DNA of 63,870 nt, filler included, from Porpidia crustulata (GCA_964255105.1; 8 parts of 8 records of this genome joined end to end with filler, not necessarily neighbours in it); one strand, 5' to 3'. Positions 27,395 to 40,944 are shown, counted from the whole stretch's first letter. Notes: generated by a model from the letters alone, not told the origin. Made by a program: numbers and translations.

Positions 27395-27688
27395 TCAACG
27401 ATAACCGGTGACTTGAGCAGCGTCACCTCGAAAATGATTCCAGAACCTTGCGACAGCTTGCTGTGCGACTCGGGAGTTTTGGAAACGCGCGCGGTAGTAA
27501 TTGAAAACGGCAAACTCGTCCCTGCCCATGACGTAGGTTGTTGGTTGAGCTTGAATACGTTGCCATACCTCGCCAATGGCTCGTTCGAGAATGGCACTGA
27601 TACTTGGATGGACCTGTCCATCTTCGTTGTTCTTAACAATCTCCAATGCTCTAGCCACAGTGAGCTGGTCAGCTGTGGTACTGGCCAT
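27395..27688 (-). CDS. Small helical hypothetical protein (97 aa), probably conserved in filamentous ascomycetes
   Basis: Intronless MASTTADQLTVARALEIV...LERAIGEVWQRIQAQPTTYVMGRDEFAVFNYYRARF...ARFWNH with good start context (CCAACAATGG). It resembles a recurring fungal hypothetical family, from memory. Confidence 0.7.
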   Translation of the reverse strand: MASTTADQLTVARALEIVKNNEDGQVHPSISAILERAIGEVWQRIQAQPTTYVMGRDEFAVFNYYRARFQNSRVAQQAVARFWNHFRGDAAQVTGYR

Positions 27689-30600
27689 TGTTGGCGATGA
27701 GAACGGGGTGATGCTTCGAGGCGCGGATGAAGTGGAAGACAGCATGCGGAGAGAGGTAAATGTAATAATGTGACTGAGAAGCGAAGAACGACGAGGGAAA
27801 TAATGGAATCTGGGGCATCTTATAGCAATATTAATGACACTTCCGGGCAGCGATTTTGCCGGGGCGCTAGGTAGCAATACGCCTATCACATATTTGAGCG
27901 CATCTCCCTTCGATGTGGAAGATTTCAGGTGGTTGAAGCAGCGAATATCAAGGAAAGTCAGAGCTAAAGCTACGATACCGAACGTTGGACTTGCCAGGTT
28001 TCGCGTAGCTGCAGCCGCCCGTCGAGGCTACCCATACCTCTTACGGTGTGACACCAGCGTTCTGAACCGGCATCGTTTTCTGCTGACGTTCGTGCCATGC
28101 TCAATCCCGCTTAGCAAGCGACCAGCACAGCACAGCTTCACGGTTAGTGTGGTGCGTAAGCGTGGTCGTTACACAAAGTTCTGGGAATCCTTGGGAGTAC
28201 GATCAGCGATCAAGCTTGTTAAATTGCACCCCCTTGTCGAGCAGGGGAACGACATCTGAGCATCGACTTATCTCGACGGAAATGACCAGAAAGAGGCAAA
28301 AACATTCGACAGATCTCCAGCAGTCACAATTTGCAAGGATGAAAATGAGACTTTCCATCCACAACATATCACATCCACGGCGGTTGTTGGCGATTACCTG
28401 AGCAAGGCAAGGGGAAGAAATTTACTTTGCACTTCATTTGACTTTCTCGCACCACCCTAGTCTCGCCAATGGCGTCCGGCACTTGTTGTAGGTAAACATT
28501 TGCGGTGTTCCGGTGTTCCAGGCTCACGGTCATGGCACTTGCTGTTGTTTGGAACAATCGGACTTCTTTGGGAGAATTATCAGCGTGGCCAAAATGATCG
28601 GTATGTGACGGTTGAAAATGAACATGAATTTTGATGAATTAGCTGGCGTTCTAGAAGCCAAACTCGGCAGTCGTCCAGGCTAAGGCGAGAAATCCTCCGC
28701 TTTAGGCCTTTGGGGACGGTTTGTGACAGCGGTAACCCTTATCAATTCCCGCAGATCAGTCCCCACACGGCACGAAACGACCAGGTCCACTCCTGCGGTG
28801 CAGCCCTGAAATGGCTTGGTTGGCGTGGCCTGGCTCGCTGAACCAATACCTTAATGACACTGAAACAAGGTTTATTTTCTCAAAGCAATCCCACCACGTG
28901 CCTTGTGATAGTCTGTCACAATCCACTACGACCGACGCCGTTAGTCGTCAACTGCTGAGCGGGTGTCCGTCGACCATTCCGACTTTCTTCGGGCAACCTG
29001 CAACGATGGCATGATAGGAGTCGGATCCTCGCCATGGCAGCCATTTCGCGACAAAAACGGCGTGAACCAATCATCGAATGACACATCCTCCGCAGTCAGC
29101 ATTTCTGACCTCCATCGCTGCACCACCACCAGCAGAGTACGAGATCGCTGTCAGTTGCGGATAAGTAGTCTGTCAGCGCGAACTCGCGTCGAAGACGTAG
29201 TCTCCGAGTACTAAACGATGCGACTCTAACGTCATTGGCCAGGCACTATCACCCTGCTTTTTGTGTAACTAGACTCTTGTATAACCCTTGCCTGGACCTT
29301 CAAGTCACCCTTCCTTTGCCAATTATCCCGGGCGCATCCAAGAACCCATAGTTGAGGCTCTTTGATACGCGCCTTGGGGGCGACCTGGGCCTGAGAAATA
29401 GGACTAAGGTTGCGATTGGATTGATGAGGGACGGAGAGAACCAGGATGATCCGGCTGTCCACTGTAGTCTACTACTAAGGTAGAGTAGAGTATCTGCAGG
29501 ACACGAGTGCTAAGAGTCACGCACAGAGCAATTTAGCTACTGCGGTCGCAGCTCCAAACCCATTTTAGAGTTTGCGACTGTAACCAACCTGACCTCCAGG
29601 TCGCAATTCTTCTCAATGGCAACAAGCGAAACCTACCTAAGGACCTAACCTGGAGGACGTTGCCGTCTGAGTCTGGCAGTGGTGGCGGTGGTAGGTAGCA
29701 GCAGTGGCAGATTAAGTGCCCAACACCAATTTGTAAAAGTCAATCACTCAATGGTGCGCCTCTGAGTTTTGTTTCAAAAACCCAAGTCTCTGACCCATAC
29801 TCTTCCTTGGCAGCAACCTTTCAACGTATCCTGGCATTGGACGATAGGTTGCTTCATTATTTATTTCACCGGAGTAAGGAAGTCCCTACTCATATCCAAA
29901 GCTGTTCCAATTACCACAATTCCACAATCCCTAACTGATGCCTGTTTTGCTTTTGCCGCAAGTCCAACAGTCTAGCTATTTATTTTGCTTCCGATAACCC
30001 CCGTTCCGTCCAAGCTGTTCTCGTTCCCTCTCTACTTCTGGTAATCATGGGCATGATGTCGAATAAGAAATAGATAAACCATGATAGAAATTGATTCGAT
30101 GTCGTCTGGATCTACATCTTCCCCAAAGTTTCCCTCTGGTCCTCTGGTAAGAATAGTAAATGAAATTTCCATTTCTAGAATTATTAAATTCTATTGAGTC
30201 CTGCAATAATCCGACACATAAGTCCGATGGACCGACGGTGATCCCAATCTCTAACGCGACGCCTTAAAAGACATCTGGGAATCAGGAGCAGATTAGTCGA
30301 ATGAACGGTCGGTATCTTACCATGGGCTGCATGTTCTAGCCACAGTATTGGTGTAAAGCCACTTAGGAAGCAATTTGGGCGTACCAGATGTGTAGAATAA
30401 AAATCGCCTAGCGAGAATTGTGGAATTCTTCCAGAATTCGAAAACTTGAGCATAGAGACATTAAAGACCAAAGTAACTTCTACTGCTGGAGGCAATCGAG
30501 GGCTCCAGATTTTGACAAGCCCGAAAGCGGACGGCTGGTGCCAACGGCCGCTTCCACCAATCAGAAGCTGGAAGTTTTGGCGCTAGAATTCATTATGTAA

Positions 30601-30795
30601 TACAAGCTTCAGCCTGCACCTTCAGAGCTCCGGTAAACATCATTCGCAAAGAAAAACGGATGCCTATGAGAATAACTCTCACAGCTCTGCTCTCCGAAGT
30701 ACACTGATCAATCCTCTGAGTTCAACTGGTCAAGTCGAGGTGACCCTGGGCACACGAATCCGAGCTGCAAGATTCGTTGAGAGGAGGTGGTCAAT

Positions 30796-31635
30796 ATGAA
30801 AGCTCAGAATTTTCATCGCACAACATACTTGTACCTCAGAAACACCATCAATCCACTACAGCGAAACTTTACCACTACATCAAGATGGAACCTCCAGCAG
30901 AAACCATTATCCTTACAGCAGTCGTCCCTTCTACGCTTCCTATCAAAGACCTCTCGACAAAGACCCATCAAATCCATCCCAAGCAAACGCCGTTTCAACT
31001 CAACCAAGCCTCCTTTCAACCCTACACCAAACCTCGGCTCCCCTGAACCCTCGCTATCCCTATCTCAGCGCCTTCGAAAGCTTAGCCGAGAATACGGCTG
31101 GTCCGCGCTGGGCGTCTACCTTGCACTGACCGCACTCGATTTCCCGTTTTGCTTTCTTGCAGTAAGATGGCTCGGCACAGACAGGATCGGGCATTGGGAA
31201 CACATCATCATGGAATGGTTCTGGAGCGTGGTGTCATATCCATTTCCGCCCACAGACGGGGCTCAGAGCGGAGAGCTTGCGACTGCGGGTACGAAGGTGG
31301 AAGAGTACGGGACGGTGGACTCGAAAAGCAACGAGGTCGGGATACCGGAGTACGACCACGGGATCAAACAAGCGGATGAGATGAATCAGAGCGATAACGC
31401 GAGTAAGTTGACGGACTCGCCCAACAAGCTTACATGGAAAGTACTATACTGACAACCCCCTACAGGCATCTGGACCCAACTGGTCCTAGCCTACGCGATC
31501 CACAAAACCTTCATCTTCGTCCGGGTACCCTTAACAGCAGCAATAACGCCGAAAGTCGTCAAGGTTCTCCGGGGATGGGGCTGGGATATCGGCAAACGGA
31601 AACCCAAAGTACCCACCGCAATCAAAAAAGATTGA
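30796..31635 (+). CDS. DUF1279/FAM210 family mitochondrial protein (fungal Nat2-like)
   Basis: Basic presequence-like N-terminus; SLSQRLRKLSREYGWSALGVYLALTALDFPFCFLAVR; after one intron IWTQLVLAYAIHKTFIFVRVPLTAAITPKVVK. Start codon uncertain. Confidence 0.85.
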
Positions 31636-31923
31636 TAACGCGGTCATGAAGGTGAAAGGGTGTGTTCCCCTTCCATTTAGACGAACCAAAAATCCTCGAA
31701 ATTCCCCTCAAATCCGCTGTCGTAAAATGGCGTTTCCGTTGCATAATAGACACGGGCGTGTAAGAATAATGTACAAAGCTTACTCTCGCGTGTGATTTAT
31801 AATGTGCTCTTTCTACCGTATTTCCTCCAGACCCGGCACTTTTACCCAAAGACCAGGGTGAACCCAACCCAACCCATCCGTCCTAATCCAAGCACCTTTC
31901 CCAACTCACCACAACCTCCTACC

Positions 31924-32023
31924 NNNNNNNNNNNNNNNNNNNNNNNNNNNNNNNNNNNNNNNNNNNNTTAATTAATTAANNNNNNNNNNNNNNNNNNNNN
32001 NNNNNNNNNNNNNNNNNNNNNNN
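31924..32023. other. Artificial contig linker
   Basis: N44-TTAATTAATTAA-N44. Confidence 0.98.
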
Positions 32024-32029
32024 CACTTA

Positions 32030-35000
32030 CTACACAGCACTCCGATGCCTCTCCAAAATCCCCTCCGCATCCAACAAATCCCGCTGATTATCCCCCGCGC
32101 TCCCATTACTCCCCGAAACCTCCTCGTCATCCTCGTCCTCATCACTACTCTCCCCGCGTTGCCCGTCCCCGTACTTGGCGTCCTTGTCGACGACGCCGGG
32201 CCGGCGTTTGCGCTCAAAATCTTGGGCGGGGGCCTGGGTGACGATGGTGGCGACGCGGGCGATGCCGCGCTGCATTGGGGTCGAGGCTCGCATGGTTGAG
32301 CGACGGCGCAGGGATGGTGACGCTGCTGTTTCGAGATCGATGCCTGAGGCGGTTTGGGCGGGGGAGTGTGGTGGAGGGTGAGCGGATTGGCGGCGTTGGG
32401 ATTGAGGGGAATCTGGGGGAGTTTCTTGATTTGGGGGTCTGGGGTCTCCATTGGCGGATGATGAGGTTGGCGAGGGGATTTCGTAAGGGAGAGGGACGTC
32501 TCTGGATGCGCGGAATCGGCCCACGTTGGTGCAGTGTTCGTTTTCCACGCGAAAGAGCGTCCAGATGCCTCTTCTGCAGACTTCCGAGAAGCCGACGAAG
32601 AAAGAAAGAACGGCGGAATGTTGAAGCTCGGATGCGAAGATGGCGTAGAATATCCAGTTGAAGCGGAGGATGGGGTTGATGAGCATAGCGAGGTAGTAAA
32701 GACCGGGGTGTTTGTAGCCAAGGACCTCACGGAGGAAGGGGTGCTCGGCATATGGGTTGAGAAGACTCCAATCCATACCGAGATCCCAGACGGAGCAGTA
32801 GATGGAGTTGATAGTGGCGCAGACAATGAACAAAGCTTTTAGTTGGTATATTTGATGAGTCCGGTAAAGGCTGAGAGACATGTAAAATAGGATGGTGAAG
32901 ATATATTTACCGCAGTTAACAAGATGTGGAAACGCATTTCGGGTATCATAGTATCGCCGCAAACATTGGAGAGCCCGCCAGATCCCTGGAACGGTGGAGA
33001 AGAAACCGAGAAGCCTCGAGTGGGTCGAATTGCATTGTACTGGGTCGTTCCAATCCCTGGCGTAGAGACAAAAGAAAAGCTCGATGTTCTTGGAGAATAT
33101 TAGCAATGATCACTTGCCAAGTCAGAGATCATCTTACACCCATTGCGTATGTCTCGGAGCAATACATGTCACCTAAAAAGAAGTCTCGGAATTCCACAGG
33201 ATACAGCCCAGCAAGTAATAGTCGAAACTTTGCTCTGGTCAGCCAGATCCAAAATGCGGGCAAATCCGCCAACTCACATTGGAATAAGCCCACCATTCTC
33301 GGCTTTTGTGATAAAGTACTGGAAAAGGATTGAATAGTATGATGACAGTGAGTCCTATTAAGAGAACTGGCCAATATAGGAACATGGTGTTCGAGCCATC
33401 CTGTTGAAAATTAAGCCACATGAACAGTCCCATCAGAAACAGAAGTAGACATGGAAGCTGTAAATGAGAATCAGCTCCTCGTTCGGTCCCCATCATCAAG
33501 TAACTGACCTCTGCTAGTTGATGCCAATCCAGATTATGCCGCGTATCAAACTCGAAGATGAAGACATAATTGATCTTCGCCTGCGTCCATATCTTGCAGT
33601 CCAGACAGAAGAGAAGAAACAAAAATAGTCCTAGGAAGTAGCCAGCGTAAATCTATGATAAATCAGCTTTGCGTACCTCAAGTTTATAGTGAGAATATTA
33701 CTTGTAACAGGTAGCTGGTATTGATTCTGACGATGGGATCTATATTCGATAGATGTTCCGCGCCGTAAACGACCCCCTCAACGGCAAAGACTGCTCCCGC
33801 AGCTATAAGCAGACCATTTCGAAAAACGCTGCCACTGTAATAGCCGGCTCTCACGTTCTTAGTCCTCAACTTTCCGACTGCAAGCTTGTGGTTACCGCGT
33901 TCAAAGTACCTAGCATAGAGATCCTCAACAGCCACGATCTGCCCTTCAAGTACTTCACTTTGCACGAACCAGGCCTTGTTAACCTTCTCAGACATGTAGC
34001 GTCCAGTAGGTCGAGCGCTAACGGCTTTATCGTACTTCTTGTTGATCTTGCGGAAGGCTGTCCTATTAAGTAGCGCGTACGACTTGAGGAGTTCTAGACC
34101 TCTATAAAATTCCTGCAGGGCGAGTCTTAGCTTGCGCTTAGCTGATCGATAAGGGACATCATCTGTGTGAGTTGGTCGTCGGGTGAAATCCCGCCACGAA
34201 TCGGTCCCCCGATGGTTGGGATCCATGGGTTGGGGACCGGCGGGAGAGCCAAGTTGCTCGAGTGCTCTTGTGTTCTTGCCAAATCGATGGTTCCCTAACC
34301 CGATCCGACTCTCCAGAGGTTGTATGAATTTCAATGCTCTCGATGTAAGAGGCTGCTGATTGTCACCGAAGTTATTGGTTGTGCCCATGGAGTGCGCGGA
34401 CACAAGGCGGCGCTCTTGCTCCTGCCTTTGCCGTTCCTGGCTAGCGAGAACTTCCTCAAGCCTACGATCTCGCATCTCGTGCAGCTGTTGCCTCAAGATC
34501 ATTAGACGCTCACTAGCTTCGTCTTCCTTCATGCGATAGAAAGATTCAATCTTGAAAAGCTCTTTGTCGAGGAAGTCATGAAAATCAGCCTGACGTATGT
34601 CGAATTCTTTATATGCTTCCAGAGGCACGTCTCCCATTGGCGACGACTCTACACCTGCCGTAGAGAACATTCGCTTGAAGAATGGCGGGCGCATTGGCGT
34701 CACGGCTGTAACAGGTGTAGACTGTGACCTATGGGGAAAAAGTCTTCTGTGCTTGGGTAAGAGAGAAGAGCTGGTATTCAAAGGCGAATGAGTTTTTCCC
34801 ACAGCGTAAGCGCTACCTTCGGTACCATTGGATCTTTTAGGTATCGGAGTAGTATGGGGATTCATACGACTATTGCGCCAGGCACGATTGTGGCGCGGAA
34901 ATGACTCTGCGTCTGGCGACAGTGCAGGATCGGGAAGTTCGAGGGAAGGCGGCCGGAATATGCGATTATGGACCGGTGGCGTTGGCAGTATACTGCCATA

Positions 35001-35565
35001 GTTTGTCACTGCACCACTATCCCATGGTTCGCTTGCCTGGTCACCAAAGTCATTTAAAGGTCCTCGCTCAGGTATTGTCATCGGTGTTGGTCCCTGTAAT
35101 TTTGAGACCCCTCCGCCATCCACGAATCCAGAACTAGGAGGCGACTGCCGAGATGGGGAACCTCCATGGTGCAGAGCATCCTTAATGGAGCCTTTAGAAG
35201 CAAGTGCAGGAGTGCCAAGATCTGGAGTGGAGAGAGGCAGTGAGCTGTCGCTCGACTGGCGATTGGGTATGGGTGTTTGGTAAGAAGCTCTTGAGAACAG
35301 GTTGGCCGGTTTTTGACGTCCTGGAGTCCTGGGTGTCTGGTTGAGGTTTCTCAACGCTCTTGCGACAAGCTTGACCTTCTTTTTCCCAATCTAATAAAAT
35401 ATCAGCCATGTTGCATTTACTTCCAAGTTCATTGCCCAATTGACCTTGTAATCGAAGTATTTGGCCCTCCATTCTGGCACTAGATCCTGCTCCAATTCTC
35501 TATACACGAGTCAGCTTACTCATGTTGAAATTACGCGTGGGGGTTCCATACTTTGCGAATTTCAT
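32030..35565 (-). CDS. SYG1: SPX-EXS domain protein Syg1/XPR1 (phosphate exporter family)
   Basis: MKFAK|ELEQDLVPEWRAKYFDYK, LLKSYALLNRTAFRKINKKYDK, PVEFRDFFLGD, QCLRRYYDT and FRVENEHCTNVGRFRASRDVPLP. Confidence 0.95.
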
Positions 35566-37311
35566 GGTCGGTTGTGAAGCGAGAATGTTGTGTAACAATA
35601 CTCATGGCGAAGAACTGGTCAACGAGTGAAGAAGGTTAATTGTACGTCTTTAATGCCCTTTCGCTTTGCAACGCTTGATCCGCACATATTCTCTTGCATA
35701 AAGAGACTAAAGGTTCAATTCGGGAGCGCGTATGTGTAGAGAATAATGCTTTCTCGTAATGGTGAAAACCAAGATTGGCCGTTCTCTTTTTGGTTCTGCC
35801 CTATAAGGCTATGAGGCTATGACGTTCTCGCAAGCGCTTGGGCCGCCCACGTGTTCCAACCGCCGACGTTGACAGCTGCGCATCAAAATCAGTGTCCCTT
35901 ACCTGATCCTCTTCGCTTTACTCCTGCACAACGAAGTGATTCCCTCCAGTATTCATGGCGGCAGTCGTGTTTCTCTTCATCTACCAAAGCTCTAGTGAGA
36001 TGCAGAGCATTGCCACATCTCGTTGCCACATCTCGTTGCAAGTCCGCCACAGAAGACCTCGATGCTGCACATGCAACAGGGGCTCGGAAAGCCGCATAAA
36101 TTCGTACTTGCGCTGGTCGGCTTCGGATCCAAAGTAGCCCTATTACGGTCAAATTCATCTCAAGCACGAAGCTTACGCATGACCTACTCGTTGAAATCGT
36201 GTAGCCGGGAAAGGAGCAGCCGATCCATTCCCACCCCCATTTCCAGAGTAAGGTATTTTGGATGTAGTGTCCCTACAGTATACGTAGTACTTCTGTTCCT
36301 TCGTTGGGAGTCTTGTCCGAGGTGCGATTGATATACGTTACCTTTTGGTCCGTGCGTTTCGGTCAATGGAGGAGAAATCCAACTGTAACAGTTTCTGATA
36401 TGGCAGCCTCTCACTCTTTTCTCGTCTTGAGGAGCATTCGTCTTGTAGTAAATTGTCTGGCAGTACGTTATCAACGAACTATAATGTCCCAAAATTAGCA
36501 AAGCATATCCAATATCTAACTCAAAAGTATTCAGGATTTCCTTGATACAGCGTCGATAAGCTCAGATCCCGATTCGGGAATCAATCAACGAGATCGGCCC
36601 TTCCACATAATTCTCTTACCAACCCCTTTCCCTAGAAAGACGGTTAACCTTTGAATATTGAGCAAGCAGCGCTCATTGAAAAACCTTCACTTGCAATATT
36701 CTCCTAGTAAATCAGCGGCCACGCTCAAGCAGTACTCGGTACTCAAGCTGTTATGTCTTACACCGCCCAGCATCGCTCCTACACAAACTCCTTTACACTC
36801 CTTCGTACAGATCCATTGACCGTGATCTACAGTCAAGCAATCATCGTGAGCTCACTAGGTCATGGTAGGAATCATGGTCAATCTGAATTCGGATACTAAG
36901 GCATTTATTACAACGGAACTCATTGATCAGGTAAGCTTGGGATCCTATGGAGAACTACCTTACATTTGAATTCTGAGGCTCTTTTACCATGTGCTTTTAA
37001 ATCCGTCAAGACTAAAACAAAATACTACAAATCCACAATCACTCGCGGGCATAGTTCCTCGCATGAGGCCCATTCATACGAGTATCTTTGTCAACGACCA
37101 CCTTCGAGATTTGGTTGTGTTAACAAACATGACAAGAATCACGTCCTTCGTGCAAGTCGTAGTCATGTAAGCTTTTAATAAATCTACCTACTCACTAAGC
37201 CGAGAAAGTCCTCAAATCATCACAAATGCATCCGACTTTGAAGTACGTCCATCTACCTCTGCTCACCACCATCGTTGGCTTGTCCAATTACGATGGCGAA
37301 CCCGGACAGAC

Positions 37312-37937
37312 TTAGTAACGGTCAAACTGCTGGGGCTGTCCGTACTGGTTGGGGTCGTACTGATCGGCATTTTGACCACGAACGTAGTGCTCGTCGTACA
37401 TGTTGTTGGAAGACTCGACGGCGTGATCCCGAGCGCGTATCTTGTCGTACTCATTCATCCCTAGCGCTACAGTCAACACGTGCACAGCTAACAAGACGGC
37501 AACCTCTTCGCTGACCGTGAACCTCAGCAAGCTTTTCTACCTCACCACCAACGACACTGAACAGATGTATAAGCTAATGACCTCTGTGTTCGGCAAGCGA
37601 AGGTTACCCAGCAAGAAGCTCTTTGGCGAAAGCGTGTTCGACTGGCTTGCCTGAATGAATGTATAAGCCAATGCATTTGGTAATTCCAAGGGAGTGCGAA
37701 CGTACCGTTCTTGCGCTGATTGTCCTCGAACAACTTCATGCCCTCAAAAGCAGCGGCACCACCAATGAGTTCGTGGGAAAACTTTCCCTTGCGCTCAGGG
37801 TTGTCGGACCCGCCATCCTGCTGATAGACCTGCTGATAAGCATCTTCAGATTCACCTGCAGCAGCGAGAAGACAGGTTAGCAGTCGCTATCAGTTAGGCT
37901 AGATTTCGGCTGAAGGAGACGGACCGAAGCCGAACAT
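37312..37937 (-). CDS. CipC-like (DUF3759) small protein, five exons
   Basis: Splices to MFGFGESEDAYQQVY...KFSHELIGGAAAFEGMKLFEDNQRKNGKPVEHAFAKELLAGVVGGEVEKLAEVHGMNEYDKIRARDHA...DRY*. TATAAAA upstream on the minus strand near 38065-38071. Confidence 0.85.
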
Positions 37938-38649
37938 GTTGATGGAGACTTGTGGGTTGTTGATAGGTTAGAAGTTGAAAGCTGATACGTAGGATGCAAT
38001 TGATATTTCTGGATTTTGGATTTGAAAGACTGGCAAGTCTTGAGAAAAGCGGTGGGGGAGGGTGTTTTATATAGGTGGTGTAGGGTATGTGAAGAATACT
38101 TCATCTTGGAGCAGGTATCCTTGTGCCATCTACCCCACTGTGACTGGACTGGTCGATGAATTGCCCCACCATTCGAAACGCGGACAACCATGACGAAACC
38201 AACGGATCATCCCTCATCCCTTATTGATCGTTCCCTCTGCGACACCGCAAATCATCATCCAAAGGCACTTTGGTAGTTGGTGATTGGCCCAGAGATTTCC
38301 ATCCTACAACAATCGACTTTCTGAATGGGATATACCGTAAATGGGGCTTGCATGACGATGATCCCAATCGACGTCATCCACCAATCGCGCCGTTTAGTCA
38401 AACGTCAAATGCTCCGGTGCTGTCTATTCCCTATACAGGTACCTACTGTTCACAGTTGACTATTCATAAATGGTTCTCGATCTTTGACGACTGAAGGTTT
38501 GGTACCTGAGTAAACTTGATAGCCAAGCAACTCTTGGCCCGTCTTGGCCAATACTTGTTTTTCCTGTTCCCCGCATTGACCACTTTCGAACAAACAAAAG
38601 CTAGTGATGTCACATGTGACAGCCCACAATCGAAAACTACAACGTGGAT

Positions 38650-39381
38650 ATGGGACAGCAGCCCAACACCAAGGACTTCCTAAACAACATCGAGCTGACC
38701 ATCACCCCACCACCGTCTATCTCCCCCCATCCAGTCAACGTACTCATCCTTCTACACGGTCTCGGCGACACCAACGCTTCCTTCACAACCCTAGGGAAAC
38801 AACTCGCATTGCCCGAAACCACATGCATCTCCATCCAAGCGCCTACACCCTTGCCCTTCGACCTGGGAGGATACCATTGGGGCGATGACATTATCTTCGA
38901 TCATTCGACGGGGGAGATGGAATCGGACACTGGCTTCGACAAGGCCAGGAGGACCATTGGCAATGAAGTGATCCAGGATGTCCTTATCAGCAAATGCGGA
39001 TACAAAGCTCGAGACATTTTTCTGTTTGGATTTGGTCAAGGTGCCATGGCCGCCGTCGCTACTATCCTCGCTATGCATAGCTTGGGTGAGTTTGGAGGAA
39101 TTGTGTCCATCAGTGGACCAGTACCGGCATCCTCGCTCGAGATCGCATCTGCTTCCAAAACTCCAATTTGTGTCCTCGCCGGCTCCTCCGATACTCTCAT
39201 CACCAAGAGCGCTCTGACCAATCTAAGACGCTGTTTTGAGAAGGTGACATATCGTAAGTGGCAAAGAGCTGGAGACGGGATGCCAAAGGATAGGGATGAG
39301 ATGTATCCGATCATGCGGTTCCTAGCGAGCAGAATGAGGAGTCAGAGTGGTGTACCAGAGGGAAGTGTAGAGATTGCCTAA
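38650..39381 (+). CDS. Phospholipase/carboxylesterase (acyl-protein thioesterase-like) alpha/beta hydrolase with a non-canonical nucleophile elbow
   Basis: LILLHGLGD, APTPLPF, FLFGFGQGAM and GIVSISG motifs. Confidence 0.85.
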   Translation: MGQQPNTKDFLNNIELTITPPPSISPHPVNVLILLHGLGDTNASFTTLGKQLALPETTCISIQAPTPLPFDLGGYHWGDDIIFDHSTGEMESDTGFDKARRTIGNEVIQDVLISKCGYKARDIFLFGFGQGAMAAVATILAMHSLGEFGGIVSISGPVPASSLEIASASKTPICVLAGSSDTLITKSALTNLRRCFEKVTYRKWQRAGDGMPKDRDEMYPIMRFLASRMRSQSGVPEGSVEIA

Positions 39382-39915
39382 ACCGAGGCTTGATGGTGAC
39401 TGTGAAGCCGAAAACGTGTTGTGGTTGTTTGAAAGGGTTGACACCAGGTCGATGGGGAAGAGTATCGACATCGAAAATCGGATCGTCTGTCAGAAATATC
39501 CGCACATCCACGATCGTACTTCCAGCATTCATTATTTACAAACAAGAACCAGATCAACTGAATGTTCCAGCACTCATTCACAAATCCGAACCAGCTCACC
39601 CGAAAGTCCCCAGAAGATCTAATTCGACGTTAAAACACCTCGCCCTTCCATTAAACAAATACAACCAGCAAATATCTAGTATCACGTCCTTTTAAATCGA
39701 CAGCTCCAGTCTTTTATCAATATTTAATGTATGATCACGTATATAAGGCGACAGTAAACAGCTACCTTATTTTATTGACATCGTTATAACATTAAAAGAT
39801 AAATAGGAAACCTGCAAGTCCGTACCACTGCACAAAAAAAACTCTACATTTCGACTTTCTGCAATCCTAAGTATACATATGTATATGAACGCCTCCAGCC
39901 AAGCCTAATTCATGC

Positions 39916-40015
39916 NNNNNNNNNNNNNNNNNNNNNNNNNNNNNNNNNNNNNNNNNNNNTTAATTAATTAANNNNNNNNNNNNNNNNNNNNNNNNNNNNN
40001 NNNNNNNNNNNNNNN
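39916..40015. other. Artificial contig linker
   Basis: N44-TTAATTAATTAA-N44. Confidence 0.98.
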
Positions 40016-40944
40016 GATGATGGGGGTGTAGATGGGGAGAGGGGGAATGTCAATTGAGGAGGTCAGGTTATAAAGCTCTGCTGCCATAATTTAGAGTGTC
40101 TTCTGAATCCAGCGGCGATAAGGAAATGCCCACGAGAGACAGGAAGTAGTTTGAGATCTGTAAGAGTAAGAATTATATGATGCTTCGGCACTGGCGTGAA
40201 ATATTTCAGACTTTAGTGCAGCGTAATGGAACTTTGCCACCATGATCACAAGGATTTTGTATATAGTCGAGTCTGCCCATAATAGTGCGAGAAAATTTTC
40301 CATGACCGCATCCACCAGGCGGGCTCATCCTTCATGCTGACTCTCATCTACTACCCGATGATTCAAGACTTACGCAACACTCTCCTTTGCTTGGCCCAAC
40401 ATTTACTGTCTCAGCCATGTGGAGGAAGAGGATAGACACCCGTGCTACAAGCTCCTCCTACACTTTCCAATCAAAGCGAGATAGGGCATAAGCATGTTAG
40501 TACCGAGGAGCGTTGAGGCAATATTCACCGTCAACAAAGCCATTCGTGGAGGTGGTCGTGGTGGTCAAGGAAAAGATATCCGCCGACATACGTTGGATGT
40601 TCGGCGTCGGCGGATATCCGTTTATCAGCCGCTGTAATCGCAGGCGCTTCCTTTTTTGCACGGTTTGGCATTGTCGCAACATTTTCAGAATACTTTATCA
40701 CCACCCGGTACATAATTTTACAATACTGAGATAGATTATGCATGGGAGATTTGAAACGCTGATGGATGATTCAGTCGGAAGTTCGTGGAGTGGCGAACAC
40801 GAGATAAGAGCGGTGAAATCGAGGCAGGATGACGTCTGCTCTTTTATCGAACATTTAGAATAAAAAAAGTTGTCAAATTCTTTTCAGTGCTAGTAGGTAG
40901 AGAATAATCGACTTGATGAGAATTTGACCCTACATCCAGTAGTT

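Noticed and set aside
26393..27398. Minus-strand ORFs of 115-259 aa downstream of or overlapping the small gene
   Set aside because: No recognisable motifs or coherent exon structure; probably UTR or intergenic DNA.
36010..36040. Short tandem duplication TTGCCACATCTCG x2 (similar ones at about 55621 and 60793)
   Set aside because: Isolated two-copy slippage events with no array structure.
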